Of a stretch of DNA of 64,000 bases, positions 45,274 to 55,272 are shown piece after piece. Position 1 is the stretch's first letter, and each line of letters starts with the position of its first letter. A program made the translations under genes and the position numbers. Under the pieces are notes generated by a model. It had not been told where the DNA came from, ran no database searches, and was given only the letters and a program-made list of their open reading frames with translations. This DNA comes from an uncultured Sphingopyxis sp. (GTDB taxonomy: Bacteria; Pseudomonadota; Alphaproteobacteria; Sphingomonadales; Sphingomonadaceae), in the NCBI GenBank assembly GCA_964502035.1, contig CAZCUW010000004.1, positions 21,171-85,170 of the forward strand, in the 5' to 3' direction.

Positions 45274-47868
45274 ATGACCGACGCCTCTTCCACCCCCGCC
45301 ATCCCCGTCACCATCCACCGCGGCGATTACCGCCCGCCCGACTGGCAGGTGCCGGACGTGGCGCTCGATTTCGCCTTGGCGGTCGAAGCGACGCGCGTTG
45401 CCGCGGCGCTGTCCGTCGTGCGCCATGCCGATGCGCCGGTACCGCTCGTCCTGCGTGGTGACGGGCTGACCCCGGCGGCGGTGCGTGTCGACGGCGAAGG
45501 CTGGAACGACTGGCGGCTGGACGGCAGCGATCTGGTGATCGATCTGGGCGAGCGGTCCGCGGCGACGGTCGAGATCGATACGCTGATCCATCCTGCCTCG
45601 AACACCCAGTTGATGGGGCTCTATGCCTCAAACGGGATGCTGTGCACCCAGTGCGAGGCCGAGGGGTTTCGGCGGATCACCTTTCACCCCGATCGCCCCG
45701 ATGTGCTGAGCCGTTACAAGGTCCGCATGGAAGGCGACAAGGCGGCGTTCCCGATCCTGCTGTCGAACGGCAATTGCATCGCCAAGGGTGACGGCGCGGG
45801 CGGCAATCACTGGGCGCTGTGGGAAGATCCGTGGCCCAAGCCCTCCTATTTGTTCGCGCTCGTCGCGGGCGATCTGGTCGTCAACAAGGGCAGTTTCACG
45901 ACGATGTCGGGGCGCGAGGTCGAGCTGGGCATCTGGGTGCGCGACGGTGATCAGGGGCGCACCGGCCATGCGATGCAGGCGCTGAAGGACAGCATGGCGT
46001 GGGATGAGCGCGTCTATGGCCGCGAATATGACCTCGATCTGTTCAACATCGTCGCGGTCAGCGATTTCAACATGGGGGCGATGGAGAATAAGGGGCTGAA
46101 CGTCTTCAACACCCGCTATATCCTCGCCGATCCCGACACCGCGACCGACGTCGATTATGACGGGGTCGAGGGGGTCGTGGCGCACGAATATTTCCACAAC
46201 TGGTCGGGCAACCGCGTCACCTGCCGCGACTGGTTCCAGTTGTCGTTGAAAGAAGGCTTCACCGTCTATCGCGACCAATGTTTTTCGGCCGACATGGGCT
46301 CACCCGCGGTCAAACGCATCGAGGACGTCCGCTTGCTCCGCGCCGCGCAATTCCCCGAGGATGCCGGGCCGCTCGCGCACCCGATTCGCCCCGACAGCTT
46401 TCAGGAAATCTCGAATTTCTACACCGCGACCATCTATAACAAGGGCGCCGAGATCATCCGCATGATGGCGACGATGGTCGGCGCGGAGCGCTTCCGGAAG
46501 GGCACCGACCTCTATTTCGATCGCCACGACGGCGAGGCGGCGACGTGCGAGGATTTCGTGCGCGCCATCGAGGACGGCGTGGGCATCGACCTGACGCAAT
46601 TTCGCCTGTGGTATAGCCAGGCCGGGACGCCGCGCCTGACGCTGTCGCTGGTGCAAGAGGGCGGTGATTGGGCGCTCGACGTGACGCAGACGGTGCCGCC
46701 GACCCCGGGGCAGGACGACAAGCAGCCGATGATGATGCCGCTGAAGCTCTCGGCCTTTGCCATGGACGGCAGCGGCGCGGCCTTGCCCGAAACGCTGGTT
46801 GTCCTGACCGGTGCGACGCAGCGCGTGCCGCTCGGCGCCTTTGCGACGCGCCCCGCGCTGTCGATCAATCGCGGCTTTTCGGCGCCGGTGATCGTCGATT
46901 TCGCGCGCGCAGAGGGCGAGCTGGCGTGGCTGGCCGCGAACGATGATGATCCGTTTGCGCGCTACGAAGCGTTGCAGCAGTTGATGCTCGATACGCTGGT
47001 CGCCGCGGTATCGGGCGAGGCGCGCGATAGCCGGGCGGTGATCGACGCGATCGGTCGGACGCTGTCCGGCGCAGAAACCGACCCGGCGTTCGTCGCCGAG
47101 GCGGTGCTGCTGCCCAGCGAAGCCTTTATCGGTGACCAGATGGTGACGGTCGACCCCGACGCGATCCGCCGCGAACGGCTGGCGTTGCAGGCGGCGATCG
47201 GCACCGCGCTGGAAAGCCAGTGGCGCGCGATCCTGGCGGGCGCCGCGCCACCCGCGACCGACCTGTCGCGCCAGGCCAAGGGCGGCCGCCGCCTGCGCGG
47301 GGTCGCGCTCGCCTATCTGGCGGCCACCGCGATGGACGATGTGCCTGCGCTCGCGTTCCGGATATTCTCCGACGCCGACGGCATGACCGAACGTCAGGCG
47401 GCGCTGGCGACGCTGGCGCATGGCGACAGCGACGAACGTGTCGCGGCGCTCGACATCTTTTATCAGCGCTACCGCGACAACCCGCTGGTGCTTGACAAAT
47501 GGTTTCAGGTGCAGGCGTGGTCGCTGCGCGCCGATACGGTCGCTGCGGTCAGGGAACTGGCGCAGCATCCCGACTTCACGCTGGCCAATCCCAATCGCGT
47601 GCGCTCGCTCTATGGCGCGCTATCGGGCAATCAGGCGGCGTTTCATCAGGCCGACGGCGCCGGATACCGGCTGATCGCCGACCTGGTCATCGCGCTCGAT
47701 CCGAAGAACCCGCAAACATCGGCGCGGATGATCCCGCCCCTGGGCCGCTGGAAACGCTTCGACGACGCGCGCGCGACGATGATGAAGGCCGAGCTGGAGC
47801 GGATCTTGGCGCAGCCGGGGCTATCGCGCGATGTGACCGAACAGGCGTCGAAGAGTTTGCTGGGGTAG
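45274..47868 (+). CDS. pepN: aminopeptidase N
   Basis: It has GAMENKGLNVFN and the zinc motif HEYFHNWSGNRVT..LSLKEGFT. The protein is 864 aa. Confidence 0.95.
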   Translation: MTDASSTPAIPVTIHRGDYRPPDWQVPDVALDFALAVEATRVAAALSVVRHADAPVPLVLRGDGLTPAAVRVDGEGWNDWRLDGSDLVIDLGERSAATVEIDTLIHPASNTQLMGLYASNGMLCTQCEAEGFRRITFHPDRPDVLSRYKVRMEGDKAAFPILLSNGNCIAKGDGAGGNHWALWEDPWPKPSYLFALVAGDLVVNKGSFTTMSGREVELGIWVRDGDQGRTGHAMQALKDSMAWDERVYGREYDLDLFNIVAVSDFNMGAMENKGLNVFNTRYILADPDTATDVDYDGVEGVVAHEYFHNWSGNRVTCRDWFQLSLKEGFTVYRDQCFSADMGSPAVKRIEDVRLLRAAQFPEDAGPLAHPIRPDSFQEISNFYTATIYNKGAEIIRMMATMVGAERFRKGTDLYFDRHDGEAATCEDFVRAIEDGVGIDLTQFRLWYSQAGTPRLTLSLVQEGGDWALDVTQTVPPTPGQDDKQPMMMPLKLSAFAMDGSGAALPETLVVLTGATQRVPLGAFATRPALSINRGFSAPVIVDFARAEGELAWLAANDDDPFARYEALQQLMLDTLVAAVSGEARDSRAVIDAIGRTLSGAETDPAFVAEAVLLPSEAFIGDQMVTVDPDAIRRERLALQAAIGTALESQWRAILAGAAPPATDLSRQAKGGRRLRGVALAYLAATAMDDVPALAFRIFSDADGMTERQAALATLAHGDSDERVAALDIFYQRYRDNPLVLDKWFQVQAWSLRADTVAAVRELAQHPDFTLANPNRVRSLYGALSGNQAAFHQADGAGYRLIADLVIALDPKNPQTSARMIPPLGRWKRFDDARATMMKAELERILAQPGLSRDVTEQASKSLLG

Positions 47869-47906
47869 GGCGTTGGGGCAGTTTTGGGGTGGGGAGCTGC
47901 CGTTCT

Positions 47907-47991
47907 GTTCCCCGGCGAAAGCCGGGGCCCAGGGCGTCAGTAAGCAACCGTTCCGTGACCATGCCCTGGACCCCGGCTTTCGCCGGGGAAC
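47907..47991. repeat. REP-like palindrome (GTTCCCCGGCGAAAGCCGGGG type)
   Basis: GTTCCCCGGCGAAAGCCGGGGCCCAGGGC ... GCCCTGGACCCCGGCTTTCGCCGGGGAAC. It lies between convergent pepN and a lipoprotein gene. Confidence 0.8.
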
Positions 47992-48032
47992 AGCAAAAAA
48001 CCGTTCGCTAGTTGCTGATCGCCGTCAGGCGT

Positions 48033-48647
48033 TCAGCCCCCCAGCCACCCCGTAACCTCACCCGCCACTTTATTCGCGGCGCGGGTCAGCGCTTCGCCGA
48101 CCGGCTTGGCCTCGACCTCGCCGCCGATCGCCTCGCGTGCCTCGAAGCGGCGTTGGCTGACGGTCTTGCCGCCCGCGGCGACGAGCATCGCCTGATAGAC
48201 GACGACGGCTTCGCCGGTCCGCGCATCGACGCCGAATTCCATCAGTTGGCCCGCGAGCTGTTCGCCCGGTGCGGTCAGATATTGGCCCTCGTCGAGCACG
48301 ACGCGCGCCGTGCTGGCGGAAACCGTTTCCGATATCAGGCGCTGGAACAGGCGGTTCGGCGCCTCGACCCATTGCGCGTCCTTGACGTAGGTGACGCTGC
48401 TATTGTCCTGCTGCACCGGGATGCGCGTTGTGCGCAGTTTCTGCGGCGCGGTCGGGATCAGGATCGTCAGCGTCGAGGCATCGGCGGCGGTACGCGCGGC
48501 GCCCGCCGGCGGTGCGGCCGCTGCATCGAGCGTCAGCAGGAAGGGCGGCGTCTTGCCGCCCAGGCCGATGCACGCTGACAGCGAGATGGCGGCGGCGGCG
48601 GCGAGTAGCGGCGTGCGAAAGCGGCGGATCATGGATTTGGTCCTCAT
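48033..48647 (-). CDS. ABC-transport auxiliary (PqiC-like) lipoprotein
   Basis: It has a lipobox (AISLSAC) and is the last gene of the MCE/ABC operon. There is an ATGA overlap with the MlaD-like gene. Confidence 0.7.
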   Translation of the reverse strand: MRTKSMIRRFRTPLLAAAAAISLSACIGLGGKTPPFLLTLDAAAAPPAGAARTAADASTLTILIPTAPQKLRTTRIPVQQDNSSVTYVKDAQWVEAPNRLFQRLISETVSASTARVVLDEGQYLTAPGEQLAGQLMEFGVDARTGEAVVVYQAMLVAAGGKTVSQRRFEAREAIGGEVEAKPVGEALTRAANKVAGEVTGWLGG

Positions 48648-49585
48648 TGCTTGTAATCGGGCAGCTTGCTGCCGCCCAGAACGGCGCCGGCGCCCTGCTG
48701 GTCGAGCTTATCGGTCAGGCTGGACAGCGACGCCGAGGTGCGGCGCAGGTCGCGGATCAGCGCGTTGGCTTCGGGGATCGTCGTTTCGCTGAAGGTCTTG
48801 AGGCCGGGGCGGGCGTCGGCGATCGCGCCTTCGAGCGTGGCCATCGATTCGCTTGCCGAGCGCAGCGTCTTGCGCAGATCCTGCATCGCCGGGTCAACGT
48901 TGCGGTCGATCGTCCCCTGCGCCGATGCCGCGAGATTGCCGATCTGTTCGGCGGCGACCCCGGTCTGCTGGATAGCGATCCGCGTATCGGCCAGCGCCTT
49001 TTCGATTGCGGGGCCGTTGCGGGCGAGGATCGCGGTGCTCGCTTCGACATTGTCGAGGATCGCGGCAAAGCTCGCCTGGTTCTTGTCGTCGGCGAGTTCG
49101 GCGAGCCGTTCGGTCAGCGTCGACAGCCGCTGAAGCAACTGCGGGGCGGTGTTGAGCAATTCGCCGAGGCCGCCGATGCGGGTCGGGATGACGGGCTTGC
49201 CCGCCGGCCCCTTGTCGGCAATCGCGGGCGCGCCCTTGACCGCACCGTCGAGCGAAATCTGCGACACGCCGGTGAAACCGACGCCTTCGAGCGCCGCGGT
49301 CGTGCCTTGCAGCACGGGCACGCCCTCGTTCACCTCGATGCGGACACGGACGAACTGCGGATCGTCGGGCCACAGCGCGATTTCGCGCACCTGACCTGAC
49401 GGCACGCCCGAAAACTGGACTGCGGCGCCCTTGTTCAAACCATCGACCGATTGTTTGAAAAAGATGTCATATTCGCGTTTCTGGCCGCCGCTGTCGTTCG
49501 CGAGCCAGACGATGAAAAAGGCGAGCGCCGCGGTAAAGAGCAGGACAAAGGCGCCGACGAGGACGTTGTTCGAGCGAGTTTCCAT
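48644..49585 (-). CDS. MlaD/MCE family substrate-binding protein
   Basis: It has an N-terminal TM helix and an MCE domain (FKQSVDGLNKGAAVQFSGVPSGQVREI). The C-terminal region is helical. Confidence 0.85.
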   Translation of the reverse strand: METRSNNVLVGAFVLLFTAALAFFIVWLANDSGGQKREYDIFFKQSVDGLNKGAAVQFSGVPSGQVREIALWPDDPQFVRVRIEVNEGVPVLQGTTAALEGVGFTGVSQISLDGAVKGAPAIADKGPAGKPVIPTRIGGLGELLNTAPQLLQRLSTLTERLAELADDKNQASFAAILDNVEASTAILARNGPAIEKALADTRIAIQQTGVAAEQIGNLAASAQGTIDRNVDPAMQDLRKTLRSASESMATLEGAIADARPGLKTFSETTIPEANALIRDLRRTSASLSSLTDKLDQQGAGAVLGGSKLPDYKQ

Positions 49586-50451
49586 CAGCTTTTCCTATCC
49601 TGCCGCTCGGTCGCGATATTGCATCCTGCCGCTGCCCGGCCGCGGGGTCCGTTGAAATAATCCTGTATCCAGGGATGCTCGGTGGCAAGCAATTCCGGGA
49701 TGGTACCGACCGCGATCACCTTCTTTTCGGCGAGAACCGCGACGCGATCGCAAGTCGCATAGAGCGAGTCGAGATCATGGGTGATGAGGAAAACGGTGAG
49801 CCCCATCGTATCGGCGAGCTCGCGGATCAGTTCGTCGAATTTGGCGGCGCCGATCGGGTCGAGCCCAGCGGTCGGCTCGTCGAGAAACAGCAGCGCCGGA
49901 TCGAGCGCGAGCGAGCGCGCCAGCCCGGCGCGCTTGACCATGCCGCCCGACAGCTCGGCGGGGTATTTCGGCCCGGCGTCGGGGGGCAGGCCGACCATCG
50001 CCACCTTGTACGCCGCAATTTCGTCGAGCAGTTTCTGGTCGGTGCGCGGATAATATTCGCGCAGCGGCACCTGGATATTTTCGGCGACGCTGAGCGTCGA
50101 GAACAAGGCTCCACCCTGGAACATCACGCCCCAGCGGCGGCGCAGGTCGCGCGATTCTTCTTCGTCGGCGATGGTGTCGAGCGTCTTGCCATAGACCTCG
50201 ATCTCGCCCGCCGACGGGGTCTGGAGGCCGATGATCGAGCGCATCAGCACCGACTTGCCGGTGCCCGAGCCGCCGACGACCCCCATGATCTCGCCCGAGC
50301 GGACGTCGAGGTCGAGCCCGTCATGGATCACCGCGTCGCCAAACTGGTTGACCAGCCCGCGGATGCGGATGGCATGGTCGAATTCGTCGGGGCGCACCGC
50401 GTCGGCGGCGGCAAGCTCTTCGGCAACCTGTTCGTCGATCTCGTCGCTCAT
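49585..50451 (-). CDS. ABC transporter ATP-binding protein (MlaF-like)
   Basis: It has Walker A (GGSGTGKS), the signature motif (LSGGMVKRAGLAR) and Walker B (LLFLDEPTAGLD). The start is MSDEID (ATG at 50451). Both junctions are TGATG overlaps. Confidence 0.9.
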   Translation of the reverse strand: MSDEIDEQVAEELAAADAVRPDEFDHAIRIRGLVNQFGDAVIHDGLDLDVRSGEIMGVVGGSGTGKSVLMRSIIGLQTPSAGEIEVYGKTLDTIADEEESRDLRRRWGVMFQGGALFSTLSVAENIQVPLREYYPRTDQKLLDEIAAYKVAMVGLPPDAGPKYPAELSGGMVKRAGLARSLALDPALLFLDEPTAGLDPIGAAKFDELIRELADTMGLTVFLITHDLDSLYATCDRVAVLAEKKVIAVGTIPELLATEHPWIQDYFNGPRGRAAAGCNIATERQDRKS

Positions 50452-51557
50452 CAATTCCATCCGATCGACGAAAAGAAGACCGCGAACATCGCGTCGAGAA
50501 CGATGACCAGGAAGATCGCCGCGACGACTGCCGAGGTGGTGCGCTGGCCGACTTCCTCGGCGTTCTGGCGCACCTGCATGCCCTCGTAACAGCCGGTGAC
50601 CCCGATCAAGATGCCGAACACCGGCGCCTTGATCAGCATCGCCCAGAAATCGGTCATCGGGATGATGTCGCGCAGCAGCTGAACATAGGTGACCGGCGGA
50701 ATGTCGAGCCCGATCCAGCAGAATACCCCGCCGCCGATGATCGCGCAGATGCTGGCGTAAAAGCCGAGCAGCGGCATCAGGATCGTCGCGGCGGCGACGC
50801 GCGGCAGCACGATCGCCTCCATCGGCGAGACGCCGATCGTGCGCATCGCGTCGATTTCCTCGGTCAGCTTCATCGTGCCGATTTGGGCGGCGAACGCCGA
50901 TCCCGACCGGCCAGCGACCATGATCGCGGTCATCAACAGACCCAGTTCGCGGATCGAGGCGCGGCCGACCAGATTGACCGTGAACACTTCCAGCCCGAAC
51001 TGGCGCAGCTGGACCGCGCCCTGCTGGGCGACGACGATGCCGATCAAAAAGGTCATCAGGCCGATAATCGGCAGCGCATCGACCCCGACCGATTGGAAGC
51101 GGGTGATGATGGCATGCCAGCGCAGCCGCCGCCGGGCGCGCAACTGGGTGCCCAGCGCCATGATCATGGCGCCGAAAAAGCCGATAATGCCGAGCAGTTC
51201 GTGCCACACCGCCATGCTGGCGACACCGACCTGTTCGAGCATCCGGACCAGCGGCGGACGGCGGTCGCGGTGGACGCGATATTCGCTCTTGTCGCTGGCC
51301 AATGCGTCGAGCAACCGCTGCGCTTCCGGGCTGGCGCCGGTGACTTTCGCGCCATGATCGTTGACGGTGCGGGTGACGATCCAGGCGCCGACGGTGTCGA
51401 TCCGCTCGAGCGCGGACAGGTCGAGGGTCGCGATCGGGCCGAGCGCATCGAGCCGCGCCGGCAAATCGCCGAGACGCGCCAGCGTCAGCCGACCGGTGAA
51501 GCGGATGTCGGTGCCATTGGCACCCTCGCTTTGTTCGAAATCCGCCCTGGCCACCAT
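50451..51557 (-). CDS. MlaE-family ABC permease with N-terminal STAS-like domain
   Basis: The first ~100 aa are STAS-like (IRFTGRLTLARLGDLP..LDLSALERIDTVGAWIV). They are followed by an MlaE-like polytopic permease. Confidence 0.8.
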   Translation of the reverse strand: MVARADFEQSEGANGTDIRFTGRLTLARLGDLPARLDALGPIATLDLSALERIDTVGAWIVTRTVNDHGAKVTGASPEAQRLLDALASDKSEYRVHRDRRPPLVRMLEQVGVASMAVWHELLGIIGFFGAMIMALGTQLRARRRLRWHAIITRFQSVGVDALPIIGLMTFLIGIVVAQQGAVQLRQFGLEVFTVNLVGRASIRELGLLMTAIMVAGRSGSAFAAQIGTMKLTEEIDAMRTIGVSPMEAIVLPRVAAATILMPLLGFYASICAIIGGGVFCWIGLDIPPVTYVQLLRDIIPMTDFWAMLIKAPVFGILIGVTGCYEGMQVRQNAEEVGQRTTSAVVAAIFLVIVLDAMFAVFFSSIGWN

Positions 51558-51646
51558 CGTGCGGGGGACATTGTATTATTTGCCCCATCACGGCAAGCGA
51601 ATCCCGCCCCCTTGGCCACCGCGCGGCGGCGTTCTATGACGGGTGA

Positions 51647-52366
51647 ATGGAAACGCCGCCGATCGCCCCGCCCACCGATTACGCGCATCGCGTCGCGATG
51701 TACGATATGGACCGGACGATAACCCGATCAGGGACTTACAGCGGGTTCTTGATGCATGTTGCGCGGCGGCGGCAGCAATGGCGGCTGCTGTTGTTGCCGC
51801 TGGTGGGTCTGGCGAGCCTGGCCTATGCGCTGCGCCTGATCGACCGGTCGCGGTTGAAGGCGATCAACCTGCGGCTGCTGGTCGGACAGCGTTTCGCGCG
51901 CGCCGAAATCGCGCCGCTCGCCGAAAGCTATGCCGACAAGGTGGTGGCGCGCGGGCTGCATCCCGCCGCGCTGGAACAGATCGCCGCCGATCGCGAAGCG
52001 GGATACCGCCTGCTGCTGGCGACGGCGTCGTTCCATCTTTACGTCGATTCGATCGCCAAGCGGCTGGGCATGGACGATGTGCTGGCGACCCGGCTCGACG
52101 AGCCCGACGGCACCGATCATATCCATGCGCGATTGTCGGGCGACAATTGTTATGGCGAGGCCAAATTCGCGCGGATCGACGGCTGGATGGCCGCCAACGC
52201 GATCACCCGCGATGCCGCGCATATCCGCGCTTATTCGGACCATGTGTCCGATCACCCGATGCTGCGCTTTGCCGATGAGGCGGTCGCGACGACGCCGTCG
52301 CGCGGATTGAAGCGGCTGGCACCGCAGATGGGCTGGTCGGTGGTCGATTGGCGCCGCCGGAAATAG
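51647..52366 (+). CDS. HAD-IB family hydrolase/phosphatase
   Basis: It has HAD motif I DxDxT (YDMDRTIT) and a later GDNCYGEAK / SDHVSD region. Confidence 0.75.
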   Translation: METPPIAPPTDYAHRVAMYDMDRTITRSGTYSGFLMHVARRRQQWRLLLLPLVGLASLAYALRLIDRSRLKAINLRLLVGQRFARAEIAPLAESYADKVVARGLHPAALEQIAADREAGYRLLLATASFHLYVDSIAKRLGMDDVLATRLDEPDGTDHIHARLSGDNCYGEAKFARIDGWMAANAITRDAAHIRAYSDHVSDHPMLRFADEAVATTPSRGLKRLAPQMGWSVVDWRRRK

Positions 52367-52379
52367 GCTTTCAGAACCC

Positions 52380-52462
52380 CGTCATTGCGAGCGAAGCGAA
52401 GCAATCCAGGGCGGTTTGCGCCAACTCTGGATTGCCGCGTCGCTTCGCTGCTCGCAATGACG
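52380..52462. repeat. REP-like palindrome, CGTCATTGCGAGCGAAGCGAAGCAATCC family (copy 2 of 3, right arm diverged)
   Basis: The left arm is identical to copy 1 over ~30 nt. It lies between convergent genes. Confidence 0.8.
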
Positions 52463-52464
52463 GA

Positions 52465-53790
52465 TTAAACCGCGTCCAACGCCTGCGCGAAATCGGCGAT
52501 CAGGTCGTCGGCGTCCTCTATGCCGATCGAGATGCGGACCAGATTGTCGGTGATCCCCATCAACGCCTTGCGCGCGTCGGGCACCGACAAATGGGTCATC
52601 GCGGCGGGATGGCTGGCCAGCGTTTCGGTGCCGCCCAGGCTGACCGCGAGCTTGGCGATCTTCAGCGCGTCGAGAAAGCGGAAACTCTCCGCCTCGCCGC
52701 CCTTGATGAACAGCGAAAAGGTCGATCCGGCGCCGGTGCAATGGCGGTCGAAGATGTCCTTCTGCGATCCTTCGGGCAGGAAGCCGAGGTATCCCAGCCC
52801 GTCGACCTTGGGATGATCGCGCAGCCAGGCGCAGACCTTTTCGGCATTTTCGCCGGCGCGGCTCATCCGCAGTTCGACGGTTTCCATCGAGCGCAGCAGC
52901 ATCCACGCGGTATGCGGATCGCAGATCGTGCCGATGGTGTTGCGCATCATGCGGATCGGGCCGAGCCAATGTTTCGCGCCCAGCACGCCGCCCGCGACCA
53001 GATCGCTATGGCCGCCGGCATATTTGGTCAGGCTGTAGAGGACGATGTCGGCGCCATGCGCCAGCGGCTTGGACCACAAGGGGCCAAGGAAGGTGTTGTC
53101 GATCGCGATCGGCGGCCGCGCGCCTTCGGCAAAGGCGGCGTCGGTCGCGGCGCGCATCGCTTGCACATCGACCAGCGCATTGGTCGGGTTGGCGGGGCTT
53201 TCCAGATAGACCATCGCGACCTTGCCGCCCTGATCATCGGCCATTTTTTTGGCGCGGACGAGGATCGCGTCCATGTCTTCGCGCGACGCTTCGGCAGGGA
53301 AATCGACGTAGGTGGCGCCAAAGCGCGACAGGATGCGCGCGATCAGCGTTTCGGTCGCGGCGTAGAGCGGGCCCGAATGGACGATGACGTCGTTCATGCT
53401 GACATGCGCGAGCAGCAGGGTGGCGATCGCCGACATGCCCGACGAGAACACCAGCGCATCCTCGGCCTTTTCCCACACGCCGAGCCGTGCTTCGAGGATT
53501 TCCTGGTTGGGGCCGTTGAAGCGTGAATAGACGAGGCCGTCGGCGCCGCCGGGGCGCTTGCCGGTGATCCCCTCGAAATGATGCTTGCCCGCCGCGGCGC
53601 TTTCAAACGCGAAGGTCGAGGTCAGAAAGATCGGCGGCTTGAGCGATCCTTCGGACAGCATCGGGTCATAGCCATAGCCCATCATCAGCGTTGCCGGTGA
53701 CAGTTCGCGCCCACCGATTTCGGTGACGTCCTGCTTCGGCTTGCGGCGCGGGGTGGTGCCGGTGAGGTCGCTGTTGTCGATCGGGGGCAT
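52465..53790 (-). CDS. Cys/Met-metabolism PLP-dependent enzyme (cystathionine gamma-synthase family)
   Basis: It carries SSGMSAI and the PLP-lysine motif YSLTKYAGGHSD. The protein is 441 aa. Confidence 0.8.
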   Translation of the reverse strand: MPPIDNSDLTGTTPRRKPKQDVTEIGGRELSPATLMMGYGYDPMLSEGSLKPPIFLTSTFAFESAAAGKHHFEGITGKRPGGADGLVYSRFNGPNQEILEARLGVWEKAEDALVFSSGMSAIATLLLAHVSMNDVIVHSGPLYAATETLIARILSRFGATYVDFPAEASREDMDAILVRAKKMADDQGGKVAMVYLESPANPTNALVDVQAMRAATDAAFAEGARPPIAIDNTFLGPLWSKPLAHGADIVLYSLTKYAGGHSDLVAGGVLGAKHWLGPIRMMRNTIGTICDPHTAWMLLRSMETVELRMSRAGENAEKVCAWLRDHPKVDGLGYLGFLPEGSQKDIFDRHCTGAGSTFSLFIKGGEAESFRFLDALKIAKLAVSLGGTETLASHPAAMTHLSVPDARKALMGITDNLVRISIGIEDADDLIADFAQALDAV

Positions 53791-53849
53791 ATAGTTTTCC
53801 TTGGGGTCAGATTAGTTTCGATTGCAACTAGCGCCCTTTGGTCCGCGCG

Positions 53850-55256
53850 TCACCCCAGCATCGCAACGGTCCAGATGACCCCGATCAGCAGCGGCACTCC
53901 GATGATGTCGAGCGCCAGACCCGCCTTCAACATGCGCGGCAGCGCGATATGATCGGTCGCCCAGGCCAGCGCGTTGGGACCGGTCCCCGACGGCAGCATG
54001 AAGCCCCAGCTCGCCGCCATCGCGACGGGCAGCGCGAGCAGGATCGGGTCGACCCCGGTCGCGGCGATCAGCGCCGCGAGCACCGGCATGATGCCGCTGG
54101 CGGTCGCGACATTGCTGGCAAATTCGGTGATCAGGATGGTGAGCGCGACGATGATCGCGGCGAGCGCAATCGTCGGGATGCTGCCGAGCGGGGCAAGGAC
54201 GGCGCCCAGCCACGCGGCCAGCCCGCTGGCGGTGATCGCCGCGGCGAGCGCAAGGCCGCCGCCGAACATCATGATGACGCCCCACGGCGCGCGGTCGGCC
54301 TCTTTCCAGACGAGCAGCGGCCGACCGGTGCCGTCGGGCAGGACGAATAGCAGCAGGCCGCCCGCCACCGCGATGGTGCCGTCGGTCAGCGCGCCCTTGG
54401 GCAGGAAGGGTTCGAGCCAGGGCTGCGCGATCCAGGCGATCAGGACGAGCAGAAACACGGGAACGACGCGGCGTTCGGCGGTCGACCAAATCGCTTGTTT
54501 GCCCAGCGCCGACGTCGCCGCGACGCCGTCGAAGGGATGCGCGGCAAGGCGCTGAACCCGCGCGACAATGATCATCGCGGCGGGCGTGCCAAGCAGCACG
54601 ACGGGCACGCCGTAAATCGCCCAGTCGAGGAACGAGATGCGAAGGCCCAGTGCCTTTTCGATCAGCCCCGCGGCGATGGCGTTGGTCGGGCTGCCGACGA
54701 GGGTGCCGAGCCCGCCGATCGACGCGGCAAAGGCGATGCCCATCATCACTGCGCCGGCAAAGCCCTCGGTCTCGCCCGCACGCACCCCGCCGGCGCGGAC
54801 GACGGCGAGCGCGATCGGGATCATGATCAGCGTCGTCGAGGTATTGGAAATGAACATGCTGAGCAGCGCGGTTGCCGACATGAAGGCGAACAATAGCCCG
54901 GTCGCGGTCGGCGCGGCGCGCTTGAGCAAGGCGAGCGCGAGACGGCGGTGCAGCCCGACGCGCTCGATCGCCAGCGCCAGAAAGGCGCCGCCCAGGATCA
55001 GGAACAGGATCGGCGAATAATATTCCTTGGCGATGGCATTGGCGTCCATCACGCCAAAGGCGGGAACGAGCAGGAACGGCAGCAACGCGGTGACGGTCAG
55101 CGGCAGCGCCTCGGTCATCCACCAGACCGCCATCAACACCGTCATCGCCGCGACGTGCCAGGCGGTGGTTTCCATGCCCGCGGGGGCGGGCAGCGCGAGC
55201 ATGACGACGAAGGTCAGCAAGCCGCCGACCAATCCAAACAGGCGCGTGCGTGTCAT
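53850..55256 (-). CDS. DASS/SLC13 family anion:cation symporter
   Basis: This is a 468-aa polytopic protein. The N-terminal segment WHVAAMTVLMAVWWMTEALPLTVTALLPFLLVP and the repeated SNT/SNV hairpin motifs are typical of DASS permeases. Confidence 0.75.
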   Translation of the reverse strand: MTRTRLFGLVGGLLTFVVMLALPAPAGMETTAWHVAAMTVLMAVWWMTEALPLTVTALLPFLLVPAFGVMDANAIAKEYYSPILFLILGGAFLALAIERVGLHRRLALALLKRAAPTATGLLFAFMSATALLSMFISNTSTTLIMIPIALAVVRAGGVRAGETEGFAGAVMMGIAFAASIGGLGTLVGSPTNAIAAGLIEKALGLRISFLDWAIYGVPVVLLGTPAAMIIVARVQRLAAHPFDGVAATSALGKQAIWSTAERRVVPVFLLVLIAWIAQPWLEPFLPKGALTDGTIAVAGGLLLFVLPDGTGRPLLVWKEADRAPWGVIMMFGGGLALAAAITASGLAAWLGAVLAPLGSIPTIALAAIIVALTILITEFASNVATASGIMPVLAALIAATGVDPILLALPVAMAASWGFMLPSGTGPNALAWATDHIALPRMLKAGLALDIIGVPLLIGVIWTVAMLG

Positions 55257-55272
55257 CCGTCCCCCATTGGTG

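Noticed and set aside
50452-51591. Upstream 380 codons of the 668-aa ORF 49585-51591
   Set aside because: This part overlaps the MlaE-like permease in another frame and is Arg/Pro/His-rich. The ATPase homology begins only at MSDEID (50451).
53791-53849. SAM-II-type riboswitch ahead of the Cys/Met PLP enzyme gene
   Set aside because: The spacer is only 59 nt. I could not find the conserved AAAGCU-type pseudoknot element. The gene is more likely co-transcribed with the upstream DASS transporter.
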